This document shows, piece after piece, positions 17,101-24,724 of a stretch of DNA of 41,256 bases. Both the position numbers and the translations under genes were made by a program. The notes under the pieces were generated by a model that was given only the letters and a program-made list of their open reading frames with translations, was not told where the DNA came from and ran no database searches. Where the stretch lies: positions 1-41,256 of the forward strand of contig CAVJHY010000001.1 of the NCBI GenBank assembly GCA_963649405.1, in the 5' to 3' direction. How positions within the stretch are numbered: position 1 is the first letter of the stretch; every line of letters starts with the position of its first letter. The stretch comes from a bacterium. GTDB taxonomy: Bacteria; Bacillota; Clostridia; Christensenellales; Aristaeellaceae.

Positions 17101-18183
17101 TTAGATGCGCTCCGCCAGCATGACGAACAAATCTTTATATTCGTAGCCTTCAGGAACGGTGGCGCTCAGTGCCTCGGTGCTTTGCGGGCAGGCGGCGACC
17201 ATGATTTTCGCATCCGTGCGCTTGCAATGCTCCCAGCGGCCTTCGGCGACCTTCGCACGAAGCTCCGGCAGATACTGACCGACCACGGCGCTGCCGCAGC
17301 ACTTCGCCAAGCGGCGATTCTGCCACATTTCGTGAATTTCGCAGCCCATCGCAGTCAGAATATCGCGGGCAGGCTGATGCTCGTCCAAGTCACGCGCCAG
17401 ACGGCTGCCGTCATGATAGGTGACGACCATCGGCTTCTTCTGCGGGCTGAGCTTGCCCTGCTTAATCAACTCATCGATAAACGCGGTCGCGGTGACGACT
17501 TCGGGCAGGTCAATGCCCCAGTCCTTATATTCATGGCGCATGAGTGCAGCATCATAGCTGTCCAGCACGATAACCTTCTTTGCGCCCGTTGCACGGATGG
17601 CTTCGCCAGCCTTGGCAGCCTGAGCGCGGACATCCTCCACAAAGCCCATCAAGTCGCCCAGAGCGCTGCCGGAAGCCGGCTCATTTTTGAGCGCAGCAAA
17701 CGGCACTTCGGCGGTCTTCAAAATGGTGAACAGGGCATTGGCCACGCAGGGCGTGGAATAGCGAGCCGTTGCGCCCAACCAAACCAGCGTATCGTCGCTT
17801 TCTGGGATACCGGCAAAATCCACCTTAGTTTCGGTTGCGCCGTAAATGTTGCCCGTCTCAACAACCTTGTCAATGACCTTCTGCACATAAGGGGGGACAA
17901 TGCCCTGCACATTGGCCTGCGTGCGGCCTTCGCGGATAAAAATCAGCGGGTCAAAGCCGGTCACGCAGTCGTTGGTGCAAGCGCCGCAGAGCATACATTC
18001 ATACATCGTCTTGGCGACATCCTTATCAAAGGGCATACCGCGCTCAATCATGCTGACCTGAAGACCCTTGGCACGGGGAGTATTGGTTTCCTTGCCGGTC
18101 ACAAGCTGCACAGGGCACAGGTGACGGCACATCCAGCAAAAGCGGCAGGCCTCCGCATTCTTTTTCGCTTTTTCGCTAAACAT
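17101..18183 (-). CDS. (Fe-S)-binding protein, GlpC/GlcF/HdrD-like (two 4Fe-4S motifs plus CCG domains)
   Basis: CRFCWMCRHLCP and CMLCGACTNDC cluster motifs, and a C-terminal KCCGS (CCG) motif. SD AGGAG lies in the 15-nt gap after the FAD gene. Confidence 0.85.
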   Translation of the reverse strand: MFSEKAKKNAEACRFCWMCRHLCPVQLVTGKETNTPRAKGLQVSMIERGMPFDKDVAKTMYECMLCGACTNDCVTGFDPLIFIREGRTQANVQGIVPPYVQKVIDKVVETGNIYGATETKVDFAGIPESDDTLVWLGATARYSTPCVANALFTILKTAEVPFAALKNEPASGSALGDLMGFVEDVRAQAAKAGEAIRATGAKKVIVLDSYDAALMRHEYKDWGIDLPEVVTATAFIDELIKQGKLSPQKKPMVVTYHDGSRLARDLDEHQPARDILTAMGCEIHEMWQNRRLAKCCGSAVVGQYLPELRAKVAEGRWEHCKRTDAKIMVAACPQSTEALSATVPEGYEYKDLFVMLAERI

Positions 18184-18198
18184 TTGTCTCTATCTCCT

Positions 18199-19629
18199 TT
18201 ACAGACCCAGCTTGTAGGGATTCATGATGCCATTGGGATCCAAGCTCTTTTTAAGACCCTGCATCACCTGCATGGCGGGACCGTACTGCTCCTTCATCAA
18301 GCGGGACAGCTTGAGGCCGATGCCGTGATGGTCGTTAATAACGCCGCCGTTTTCCATTGCTGCACGCACGCCCGCATTCCAAATCTTGTTGTGCAGACGC
18401 ATGGCCTCTTCGGGGTCTTGCGGAACATAGGCGGGGTCAACGATAAAGCGGGTGTAATTCATGCAGCCCCACTCATACCAGTGGCTGGAGTGAGAGATGT
18501 ACTTAACATAGGGGAACTGCTCGTTGATGACCTTCTTCATCGCCCAATAAATCTTTTCGATGTTGGCATAGGTCGCCACGGTGTCCATCGTGCCGAACAT
18601 CTGCGGGATGTCCATGATGTGACCGGGATAGAAGAAGGTGATGCGGTTCTCGTACCATTTTTCGCCGTACTCGCTGCCCAGATTCTGAGCGCCGTACTTG
18701 TCGGCAATCTCCTGTACGATTTCCATTTCGATATCGACAATCTTCTTCATGCCCTCGCAGGTCACGTTCATGAAGCAGCCCTTTTTCTCAAAGCCCAGAA
18801 TCTTCTTGATGATGGACACGGTTTCGGCCTCATCAAAGAAGCGGAGAATGGAGGGCTTCACCTTCTGCATGATGTCGCGGCCAGCCATGTAGCCGGAATG
18901 CATATCCGGGAACAGGAAGGCGATGTGCTGGCGGCTTTCCGGCTGCTCAAACAGCTTAAAGGTCGCTTTGGTGATAACGCCCAAAGTTCCCTCACTGCCG
19001 ATGAAGATTTCATTGAGGTCAGGACCGGCTGCGTGCTTCGGCACGGGCAGGGTGTTGATGATGTCGCCGTTCGGCAGAACGACTTCCATGCTGACGCACA
19101 TATCATCAATCTTGCCGTACTTGGTGGACATAATGCCGATGCCGCGATGACCTAGCGCGCCACCGATGGTGCCGCAGGTCAGGCAGGATGGGATGTGCTG
19201 GCAGGAATAGCCGCGCTCGTTGGCGTACCATTCGAGCTGCTGGAAAATCATGCCCGCTTCAGCAGTGATGGTGCGGCTCACCTCATCGATTTCAATCAGG
19301 TGATTCATGCGCTTCATATCCATCATGATGCCGCCGGCCATCGGCAGAGCGCCGCCCTGACTGCCGCTGCCGCCGCCCCAGATATTCACGGGGATTTTAT
19401 AGTAGTTTGCAATCTTGAGAATCTTGCTGACTTCGACGCTGCTGCCCGGACGCACGATGTAGTCCGGCATCGGAGGGGTCTGTCCGCGATCCTCCCACAT
19501 ACGGCTGATCCAGAAATAGTCCACGCCGTAGGTCGCACGGTCGCTGGGCGCGGTGGATACATTTTCCGTCCCCACAACGTCCTCAAGCTCCGTCAGAATC
19601 ATATTATTCATAAAAGCCTTGCGTTCCAT
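18199..19629 (-). CDS. FAD-binding oxidoreductase (FAD_binding_4 / VAO-GlcD superfamily)
   Basis: PDYIVRPGSSVEVSKILKIANYYKIPVNIWGGGSGSQGG is the typical FAD-PCMH domain, followed by a long FAD-oxidase C-domain. I place the start at ATG 19629 (MERKAF), 10 nt after GAGGAG. The ORF-track TTG at 19647 overlaps the upstream stop. Confidence 0.85.
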   Translation of the reverse strand: MERKAFMNNMILTELEDVVGTENVSTAPSDRATYGVDYFWISRMWEDRGQTPPMPDYIVRPGSSVEVSKILKIANYYKIPVNIWGGGSGSQGGALPMAGGIMMDMKRMNHLIEIDEVSRTITAEAGMIFQQLEWYANERGYSCQHIPSCLTCGTIGGALGHRGIGIMSTKYGKIDDMCVSMEVVLPNGDIINTLPVPKHAAGPDLNEIFIGSEGTLGVITKATFKLFEQPESRQHIAFLFPDMHSGYMAGRDIMQKVKPSILRFFDEAETVSIIKKILGFEKKGCFMNVTCEGMKKIVDIEMEIVQEIADKYGAQNLGSEYGEKWYENRITFFYPGHIMDIPQMFGTMDTVATYANIEKIYWAMKKVINEQFPYVKYISHSSHWYEWGCMNYTRFIVDPAYVPQDPEEAMRLHNKIWNAGVRAAMENGGVINDHHGIGLKLSRLMKEQYGPAMQVMQGLKKSLDPNGIMNPYKLGL

Positions 19630-19643
19630 GAATGCTTCACTCC

Positions 19644-20315
19644 TCAATAATGAATCTCGTAGTTGATGCCGTGCAGACCGACATACGCGCCCTTTTGCAC
19701 AACGGGCGCATTGTCCTCATGCGCGATGAGCCACTTGTCCTTTGCCCACAGAAGCCGGCCATCGCCGCCCTTGGGCTGACCGCCGTCCAGCGGCGTGTTC
19801 GTGCCTTTGGGCAGAACAACAATGCAGCGGAAGCCGTCATCGGACACTTGGCAGGGGCAAAAATGCAGGGTCGTTGCATAGACCTCAATGACGCTGCCCT
19901 TAGGAACATAGAAGGCCGTAACCTTCTTGGTGTCCAAATCAAAGCCTTCCATATCCTGCTGATGCGCAAGCAGCAGCACCATGTCGCTCACGGCGATATT
20001 ATGCTCGCTGGCACGGTGGTATTCCAAGCAGTTGAGCTTGCTGGAATGTCCCCAGCAGACACCAATTTGGCAGCTTCCCTCACCGCGCAAGATGGTTTGA
20101 ACAGCATGGAAATCCTCGGTGAGCGCCTCTAATTCCGGCATGGCGGGGACATATGCACTGCCCTCCTCCGGCATTTTGGCGGCCTGTTCGCAGACACTCA
20201 TCAGCTTTTCGGCAGGAAAATCAATCACTCTGCCAAAGGTGCGAAATTCGGGGTCGTTCACGGAATAAATCGGGACATCAGGATTTAAGGCACGCAGCTT
20301 TTCCAACATATTCAT
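19644..20315 (-). CDS. DUF4867-like protein (predicted cupin / ureidoglycolate-lyase-like fold), function unknown
   Basis: About 223 aa with no catalytic motif I can name. The family name is from memory of similar proteins in sugar clusters. I place the start at ATG 20315, 10 nt after AAGGAGG. Confidence 0.55.
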   Translation of the reverse strand: MNMLEKLRALNPDVPIYSVNDPEFRTFGRVIDFPAEKLMSVCEQAAKMPEEGSAYVPAMPELEALTEDFHAVQTILRGEGSCQIGVCWGHSSKLNCLEYHRASEHNIAVSDMVLLLAHQQDMEGFDLDTKKVTAFYVPKGSVIEVYATTLHFCPCQVSDDGFRCIVVLPKGTNTPLDGGQPKGGDGRLLWAKDKWLIAHEDNAPVVQKGAYVGLHGINYEIHY

Positions 20316-20330
20316 CGATTTCAAGCCTCC

Positions 20331-21179
20331 TTACAGGATGGTAATGAAGTGATGGCGCTGGACAGATTGTCCCACCTCTAAGCGGATGCAGCCCTTCTTA
20401 TGCTCAATCTGCATATCACTGTCCAAGGTGTCCGGCGCATTGAGCCACGGCTCAATGCAGATGTATTCCGCGCCCGGCTTCATCCAGAACATCAGCACAT
20501 CGTGTTCGGGGAAATCCACCCGCACCTTGCGGTCATGCTTTTTGCTCACCAAGGTCACGCCGCGGCTCTTTAGGTCGGTAAATACCAGCGCATCCACGGC
20601 AAAATATTTTTCTTTCAAGGGGAAAACGCGGGTGTTCTCCGCCATCACCTGCCCCACGGGGTCAATTAAATTGCCGTGAAGCTCATGGTTAAGCAGGGTT
20701 TCTTCCTCATCAAAGACGATTTCGTAATCTTCAAGCCTGCCGGGGGTTGCATAGCCCTCGTGAGCGCCCATGCCGAAATAGAAGGTGCGGCTGTCCTTAT
20801 TGTCCACCTGCCATGTCACGATGACGCGGTTGTCCTCCAGCCGATAGTTGACATGGAGCGCATAGTCAAACGGAAAGCCCGGCGCTTTTTCCTGCATGAG
20901 ATAAGTTGCACTTACATCGTCCGTCTTTTCAAGCTGCCACTCAATCTGGCGCACATAGCCATGCTTTGGCATTTCATAACGCTGACCGTTCAAATAATAG
21001 CAGTCATCCCTGAGTCCGCCCGCAATGGGGAACAGAATCGGGGCGCGACCCTTCCAAAATTGTGGGTCGCCCTGCCACAGCCGCTCAACGCCGTTTGCAT
21101 CCTTGATGGACTGCATTTCTGCGCCAAGAGAGGAAATCGTCACTGTCAGCTTGTCGTTATGCAGTGTCGTCAGGCTCAC
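20331..21179 (-). CDS. Aldose 1-epimerase (galactose mutarotase-like) family protein
   Basis: LWQGDPQFWKGRAPILFPIAGGL...MPKHGY and a C-terminal IEPW are typical of LacX/YihR-type mutarotases. I place the start at GTG 21179, a GTGA overlap with the kinase stop preceded by GGAAAGGGG. ATG 21215 is an alternative. Confidence 0.8.
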   Translation of the reverse strand: MSLTTLHNDKLTVTISSLGAEMQSIKDANGVERLWQGDPQFWKGRAPILFPIAGGLRDDCYYLNGQRYEMPKHGYVRQIEWQLEKTDDVSATYLMQEKAPGFPFDYALHVNYRLEDNRVIVTWQVDNKDSRTFYFGMGAHEGYATPGRLEDYEIVFDEEETLLNHELHGNLIDPVGQVMAENTRVFPLKEKYFAVDALVFTDLKSRGVTLVSKKHDRKVRVDFPEHDVLMFWMKPGAEYICIEPWLNAPDTLDSDMQIEHKKGCIRLEVGQSVQRHHFITIL

Positions 21180-22105
21180 AGCGAAACGCCCCTTTCCTTT
21201 AGGAATGCGCGGCATTCTTCGTCTGTCGCCATCGCATAGCGAGCGCCCAAGCGGGTGCATTTGATGGCCGCCGCAGCGCTGGCGTACTTGCAGGCATCAT
21301 CGTTATTCAAACCCTTGATTTTCGCAGCCGCAAACGCGCCATGGAAGGTATCGCCGCAGCCGTTGGTGTCCTTTGCGTCCACCTTATAGCTGGCATAGCG
21401 GCGCAGACCCTTTTCGTCCAGCAAAATGCCGCCGCGCACGCCCTGCGTCAGCACCAGCAGCTCGGGATGATAGGTGTCATACAGCTTCTTTGCCGCATCT
21501 TCGGCGTTCTTTTCGCCGGTCATCTTGAGCGCAAATTCCTCGGAGGGAATCAGATAATCCACATAAGGCATGAGGTTTTCCACGCCCGAATAAGTGCCGC
21601 CTGCGTCATGGCTGACCTTCACGCCATGCTCGCGGCAGTATTTCGCGGCGGCGATGGCGGCATTCAGCATATGCCCGTCCAAATGCAGCACCTTTGCATG
21701 GCTCAGCACATCAAAGTCAATGTCCGCTTCCGTCGGCTGCGGAACAGTGCCTCTGTTCCAAATGCAGGTGCGGCTGGTGCTCGCTTGGCTGAGCAGTACC
21801 ACGGAATGGAAGCTGACGGCATCCGCCACGCGGCGCACACAGGTCGTGTCAATATCCCAATGAGCGAAGTCGTCCATCATGAAACGGCCGAAGGGGTCAT
21901 CACCGATGGTTCCCATATAGGCAGCAGAAACGCCCAGCTTGCGGGCAGCAACCAACGCCGTGGCGCAGGGGCCGCCCCCCTGCACCTTGGTTTCAATGCC
22001 TTCCCGCTTGGTGTCCTCGGTCGGAAAACGGTCAACCACCATTAAGGTGTCATACACGGTCGAGCCGATGCCCACCATTTCAGGCCATGTCGTCCGATTA
22101 AGCAT
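21176..22105 (-). CDS. PfkB-family sugar kinase (YihV-like subgroup)
   Basis: The N-terminal GGGPCATALVAARKLG and C-terminal DTNGCGDTFHGAF...AIKCTRLGAR resemble E. coli YihV as I remember it. I place the start at ATG 22105 (SD GGAGGA), overlapping the aldolase 3' end by 8 nt. Confidence 0.85.
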   Translation of the reverse strand: MLNRTTWPEMVGIGSTVYDTLMVVDRFPTEDTKREGIETKVQGGGPCATALVAARKLGVSAAYMGTIGDDPFGRFMMDDFAHWDIDTTCVRRVADAVSFHSVVLLSQASTSRTCIWNRGTVPQPTEADIDFDVLSHAKVLHLDGHMLNAAIAAAKYCREHGVKVSHDAGGTYSGVENLMPYVDYLIPSEEFALKMTGEKNAEDAAKKLYDTYHPELLVLTQGVRGGILLDEKGLRRYASYKVDAKDTNGCGDTFHGAFAAAKIKGLNNDDACKYASAAAAIKCTRLGARYAMATDEECRAFLKERGVSL

Positions 22106-22928
22106 TGGTGTCCTCCGCGCCCAGCAGCGCAATCTTTTCAAGCGCAAAGCGCTTCACCGCCTGCGTCGGCTCTTTCATGAACAAGTCAACAGCGATGGTC
22201 TTGGGGTCAACGCTGTGGAAGGCGTTCAGGAAGGAGCAGCAGACATCCGTGCCAAAGTTAATCTTGCTGATACCAGCCTTGATAGCAGCCTGAATCTGCT
22301 CATCAGGAACGCCACTGCCGCCGTGCAGCACAAGGTGTGCCTTGGTCGCCGCATGAATTTCTGCAATGCGGTCAATCGCCAAAACGGGCGCTTGCTTATA
22401 GTGACCGTGTGCCGTGCCGACCATGATGGCCAGCGCATCCACGCCAGTTTCGTCCACAAAGCGGACAGCCTCATCCACCTTGGTATATTCAGTGCTGACA
22501 CCCTCAGCAGCCACGCCGATGTGACCCAGCTCGCCTTCGACATCCACGCCGACTTCGTGGGCAAAATGCACCACATTTTTCAAAACCTTGATATTTTCCT
22601 CAAAGGGCAGGGTGCTGGCATCGCGCATGACGCTGGTGCAGCCCCAACGGAGCGCGCGGCAGACTGCCTCATCACTTGCGCCGTGATCAAGATGGAAGGC
22701 GAGCTTCACCTTGGACTTTTCAGCAGCCTTCAGGATGGAGGGAACGAGGAACTCGGCCTCATAGTTGGTGAACAGGCGGCTGTACATCTGCAGAATCACG
22801 CTGGCGTTCGCTTCCTCAGCGGCAAAAATGATGCCCAGCGCGGTCTCAGCGTTGTACACATTAAAAGCAGGGATGGCGCACTTGCGCTCCTCGGCAACCT
22901 TCAGCATATCTTTCATTCCGGTCAGCAT
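22098..22928 (-). CDS. Class II ketose-bisphosphate aldolase (FbaA/GatY/KbaY/IolJ family)
   Basis: AIPAFNVYN, HLDHGAS, GELGHIG, GTAHGHYK and LVLHGGSG motifs. Length 276 aa. Confidence 0.9.
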   Translation of the reverse strand: MLTGMKDMLKVAEERKCAIPAFNVYNAETALGIIFAAEEANASVILQMYSRLFTNYEAEFLVPSILKAAEKSKVKLAFHLDHGASDEAVCRALRWGCTSVMRDASTLPFEENIKVLKNVVHFAHEVGVDVEGELGHIGVAAEGVSTEYTKVDEAVRFVDETGVDALAIMVGTAHGHYKQAPVLAIDRIAEIHAATKAHLVLHGGSGVPDEQIQAAIKAGISKINFGTDVCCSFLNAFHSVDPKTIAVDLFMKEPTQAVKRFALEKIALLGAEDTNA

Positions 22929-22999
22929 GGCAAAAATCTTCCTTTCATTTATTAATATAGGGATGATTGAAGGGACAATATAGCCACTACAAATTAACT

Positions 23000-24400
23000 T
23001 TATTCGTTCACTGTATCGAGCTTCAGCTCAGGCACGAACTTGATGAACTCGCGCAGCTCTTCGGTGACATCGCCCTCGATTTCGGCCATATGGTGGATGT
23101 ACGGGCCTTCAATCAGCTTGCGCTCCCACGCAGAGAGGTTCTTAAACTGCGCCCAAAGGTAAGTGCCGAAGGTGTACGGACCATCGGTCGTCTTGCAGGT
23201 GCCGGCCAAGAGGCTGTAATTGCCGTTGTCTTGGTCGAAGCGAGACACGGTGTATTCGCCGTCCTTGACTTGGAACCACTGGCGCATATTCACATTCTTG
23301 CAGGGGCTGCCCTCTTTCTTGAGGCTGTAAGCGAACGGCCCGCAGTGCCACAGAAGCTCGGCATTCTTGTTTTCGGGATGGCGCACGGTGAATTCGCCGA
23401 AGAACGGAATCTTCTTGCCCATCGTCGCGCAGGACAGCAGTGCCATCGAGATTGCGCCGTGCAGATCGCTCTCGCAGGAGATGATATAGCCCATATCAGC
23501 CAAAATGCTGTATGCAGTGCAGGGCATCGCGCCGACACCAAGCTGCATGGCCGTCCAACACTCGGCAGACACAGCCTGTACATTATAGGCTTCAAACAGC
23601 CACTTATACAGCAGCACGAAGGCATAGACCTTCTTGAGCAGCGGCGGGGTCAAATCGTCCATTTCATAACGGGACAGAAGCAGCTTTGCGCCCTCTTCCA
23701 GCTCCGCATCGTTCTCCGCCAGAATCTTGTTGTATTTGTCGATGATGACGGCCATGTTGACAGGAATGATCTGCAGACCGAATTTTTCCATCAGCTCGCC
23801 CTCATTAAAGATGACGGAGCAGAAGGGCTTGGGACGCATACCGATCTGCGCAATGCGCATTCCACGGAAATTCTTGACCATGCACGCCACATGGGTGAAT
23901 TTCTCAAAGCCAGTCTTGAAGATGTCGCTCTCCACGGGGCTGGTTTCGATGTAGCTGAACGGCACATGGAGGCGCTGAAGCTGACGGCTTACACCGAACA
24001 GACCGCACTGGCTGTCAGTATAGCGGGTGCCATCGGGCAGGAAGCTGTCGTCAATGGGTGCCCAAATGCAAACGGGCTTGCCCACACCACGAGCCACTGT
24101 TCCGGCGATTTCCTCATTGCCGAAGTTGCAGTTGATAATCAGCACTGCATCGACCTTTTCCGCGTTAAAGCGCTCAATGACCTTTTCCGCGTCTGCATCG
24201 CAGTACATGACATCAACGGGGTTGATGCCCTTTAAGTCCACAAAGGTGACATTTTCGGAAGCGAAATGCTCCTCAATGTACTGAACAATCTGATGACCGC
24301 GCTCTTCCGCCTTTTCCCAGTTGAAAATGCCGGGACGCGGGGTAACATCACGACGCATGGGAGCCAGACCAATCTTGACCTGATAATTCAGCATAGCCAT
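23000..24400 (-). CDS. L-fucose/L-arabinose isomerase family protein (short, ~465-aa form)
   Basis: The N-terminal KIGLAPMRRD...INCNFGNEE...DSQCGLFG pattern fits the short FucI-like family. I place the start at ATG 24400 (MAMLNYQ), 7 nt after AAGAAGG. The ORF-track start is GTG 24418. Confidence 0.7.
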   Translation of the reverse strand: MAMLNYQVKIGLAPMRRDVTPRPGIFNWEKAEERGHQIVQYIEEHFASENVTFVDLKGINPVDVMYCDADAEKVIERFNAEKVDAVLIINCNFGNEEIAGTVARGVGKPVCIWAPIDDSFLPDGTRYTDSQCGLFGVSRQLQRLHVPFSYIETSPVESDIFKTGFEKFTHVACMVKNFRGMRIAQIGMRPKPFCSVIFNEGELMEKFGLQIIPVNMAVIIDKYNKILAENDAELEEGAKLLLSRYEMDDLTPPLLKKVYAFVLLYKWLFEAYNVQAVSAECWTAMQLGVGAMPCTAYSILADMGYIISCESDLHGAISMALLSCATMGKKIPFFGEFTVRHPENKNAELLWHCGPFAYSLKKEGSPCKNVNMRQWFQVKDGEYTVSRFDQDNGNYSLLAGTCKTTDGPYTFGTYLWAQFKNLSAWERKLIEGPYIHHMAEIEGDVTEELREFIKFVPELKLDTVNE

Positions 24401-24439
24401 AGCACAGCCTTCTTTCACAAAGTTTGGGGGATTATCTGT

Positions 24440-24468
24440 ATTATAAAAAACTCTGAATCGCTAATCAA
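24440..24468 (-). promoter_or_regulatory. Sigma-A-type promoter of the sugar catabolic island
   Basis: On the minus strand: TTGATT, 17 nt, TATAAT, about 40 nt upstream of the isomerase start. The inverted repeat GAATCG-N13-CGATTC (24455-24479) overlaps the -35. Confidence 0.65.
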
Positions 24469-24654
24469 TATGCCGATTCTAAGAATTTGTATGTGAAATC
24501 TATAATTTCTATATATTATGCGAATTTATGATATAGACAAAAAACAAAAAAATCAATAAACCAAAGCCATCAAAATTTAAAGATGTCTCTTCTATAAAAT
24601 ATAATAAGGCTTTTCCTTATTCGGCGTAAATTTATAAAACGATTTAGATTTTAC

Positions 24655-24683
24655 TTGAAAAGCCTTGCATGATTGTTTATAAT
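24655..24683 (+). promoter_or_regulatory. Sigma-A-type promoter of the response-regulator gene
   Basis: TTGAAA (24655-24660), 17 nt, TATAAT (24678-24683). This makes ATG 24689 too close to be the start codon. Confidence 0.7.
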
Positions 24684-24724
24684 AAAAAATGAAATCGAGA
24701 ATTGTCCGAAAGCGAGGGACAGGC

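Noticed and set aside
17182-19155. A 657-aa plus-strand ORF, the longest of a set of large ORFs antisense to real genes. The others are 15339-16823, 22967-24235 and 39861-41159 on the plus strand, and 32422-33624, 25145-25963, 28933-29901 and 30742-31644 on the minus strand.
   Set aside because: Each lies entirely opposite a gene with clear family signatures, and this one even spans two adjacent genes. Their translations are low-complexity Arg/Ala/Gly/His-rich strings with no recognisable motifs and no SD. This is the typical shadow-ORF behaviour of GC-rich coding DNA.
12809-24400. Calling the island a sulfoquinovose (sulfo-EMP) operon or a myo-inositol (iol) operon.
   Set aside because: A YihV-like kinase, a mutarotase and an aldolase are present, but the window has no sulfoquinovosidase, no sulfolactaldehyde reductase or dehydrogenase, and no sulfonate exporter. 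IolB-, IolC- and IolJ-like proteins are present, but IolG, IolE, IolD and IolA are not. Either label would over-interpret partial matches.
24455-24479. GAATCG-N13-CGATTC inverted repeat overlapping the -35 of the island promoter, read as a defined operator.
   Set aside because: The arms are only 6 nt in very AT-rich DNA, so the statistical support is weak. I noted it in the promoter feature but am not promoting it to a finding.
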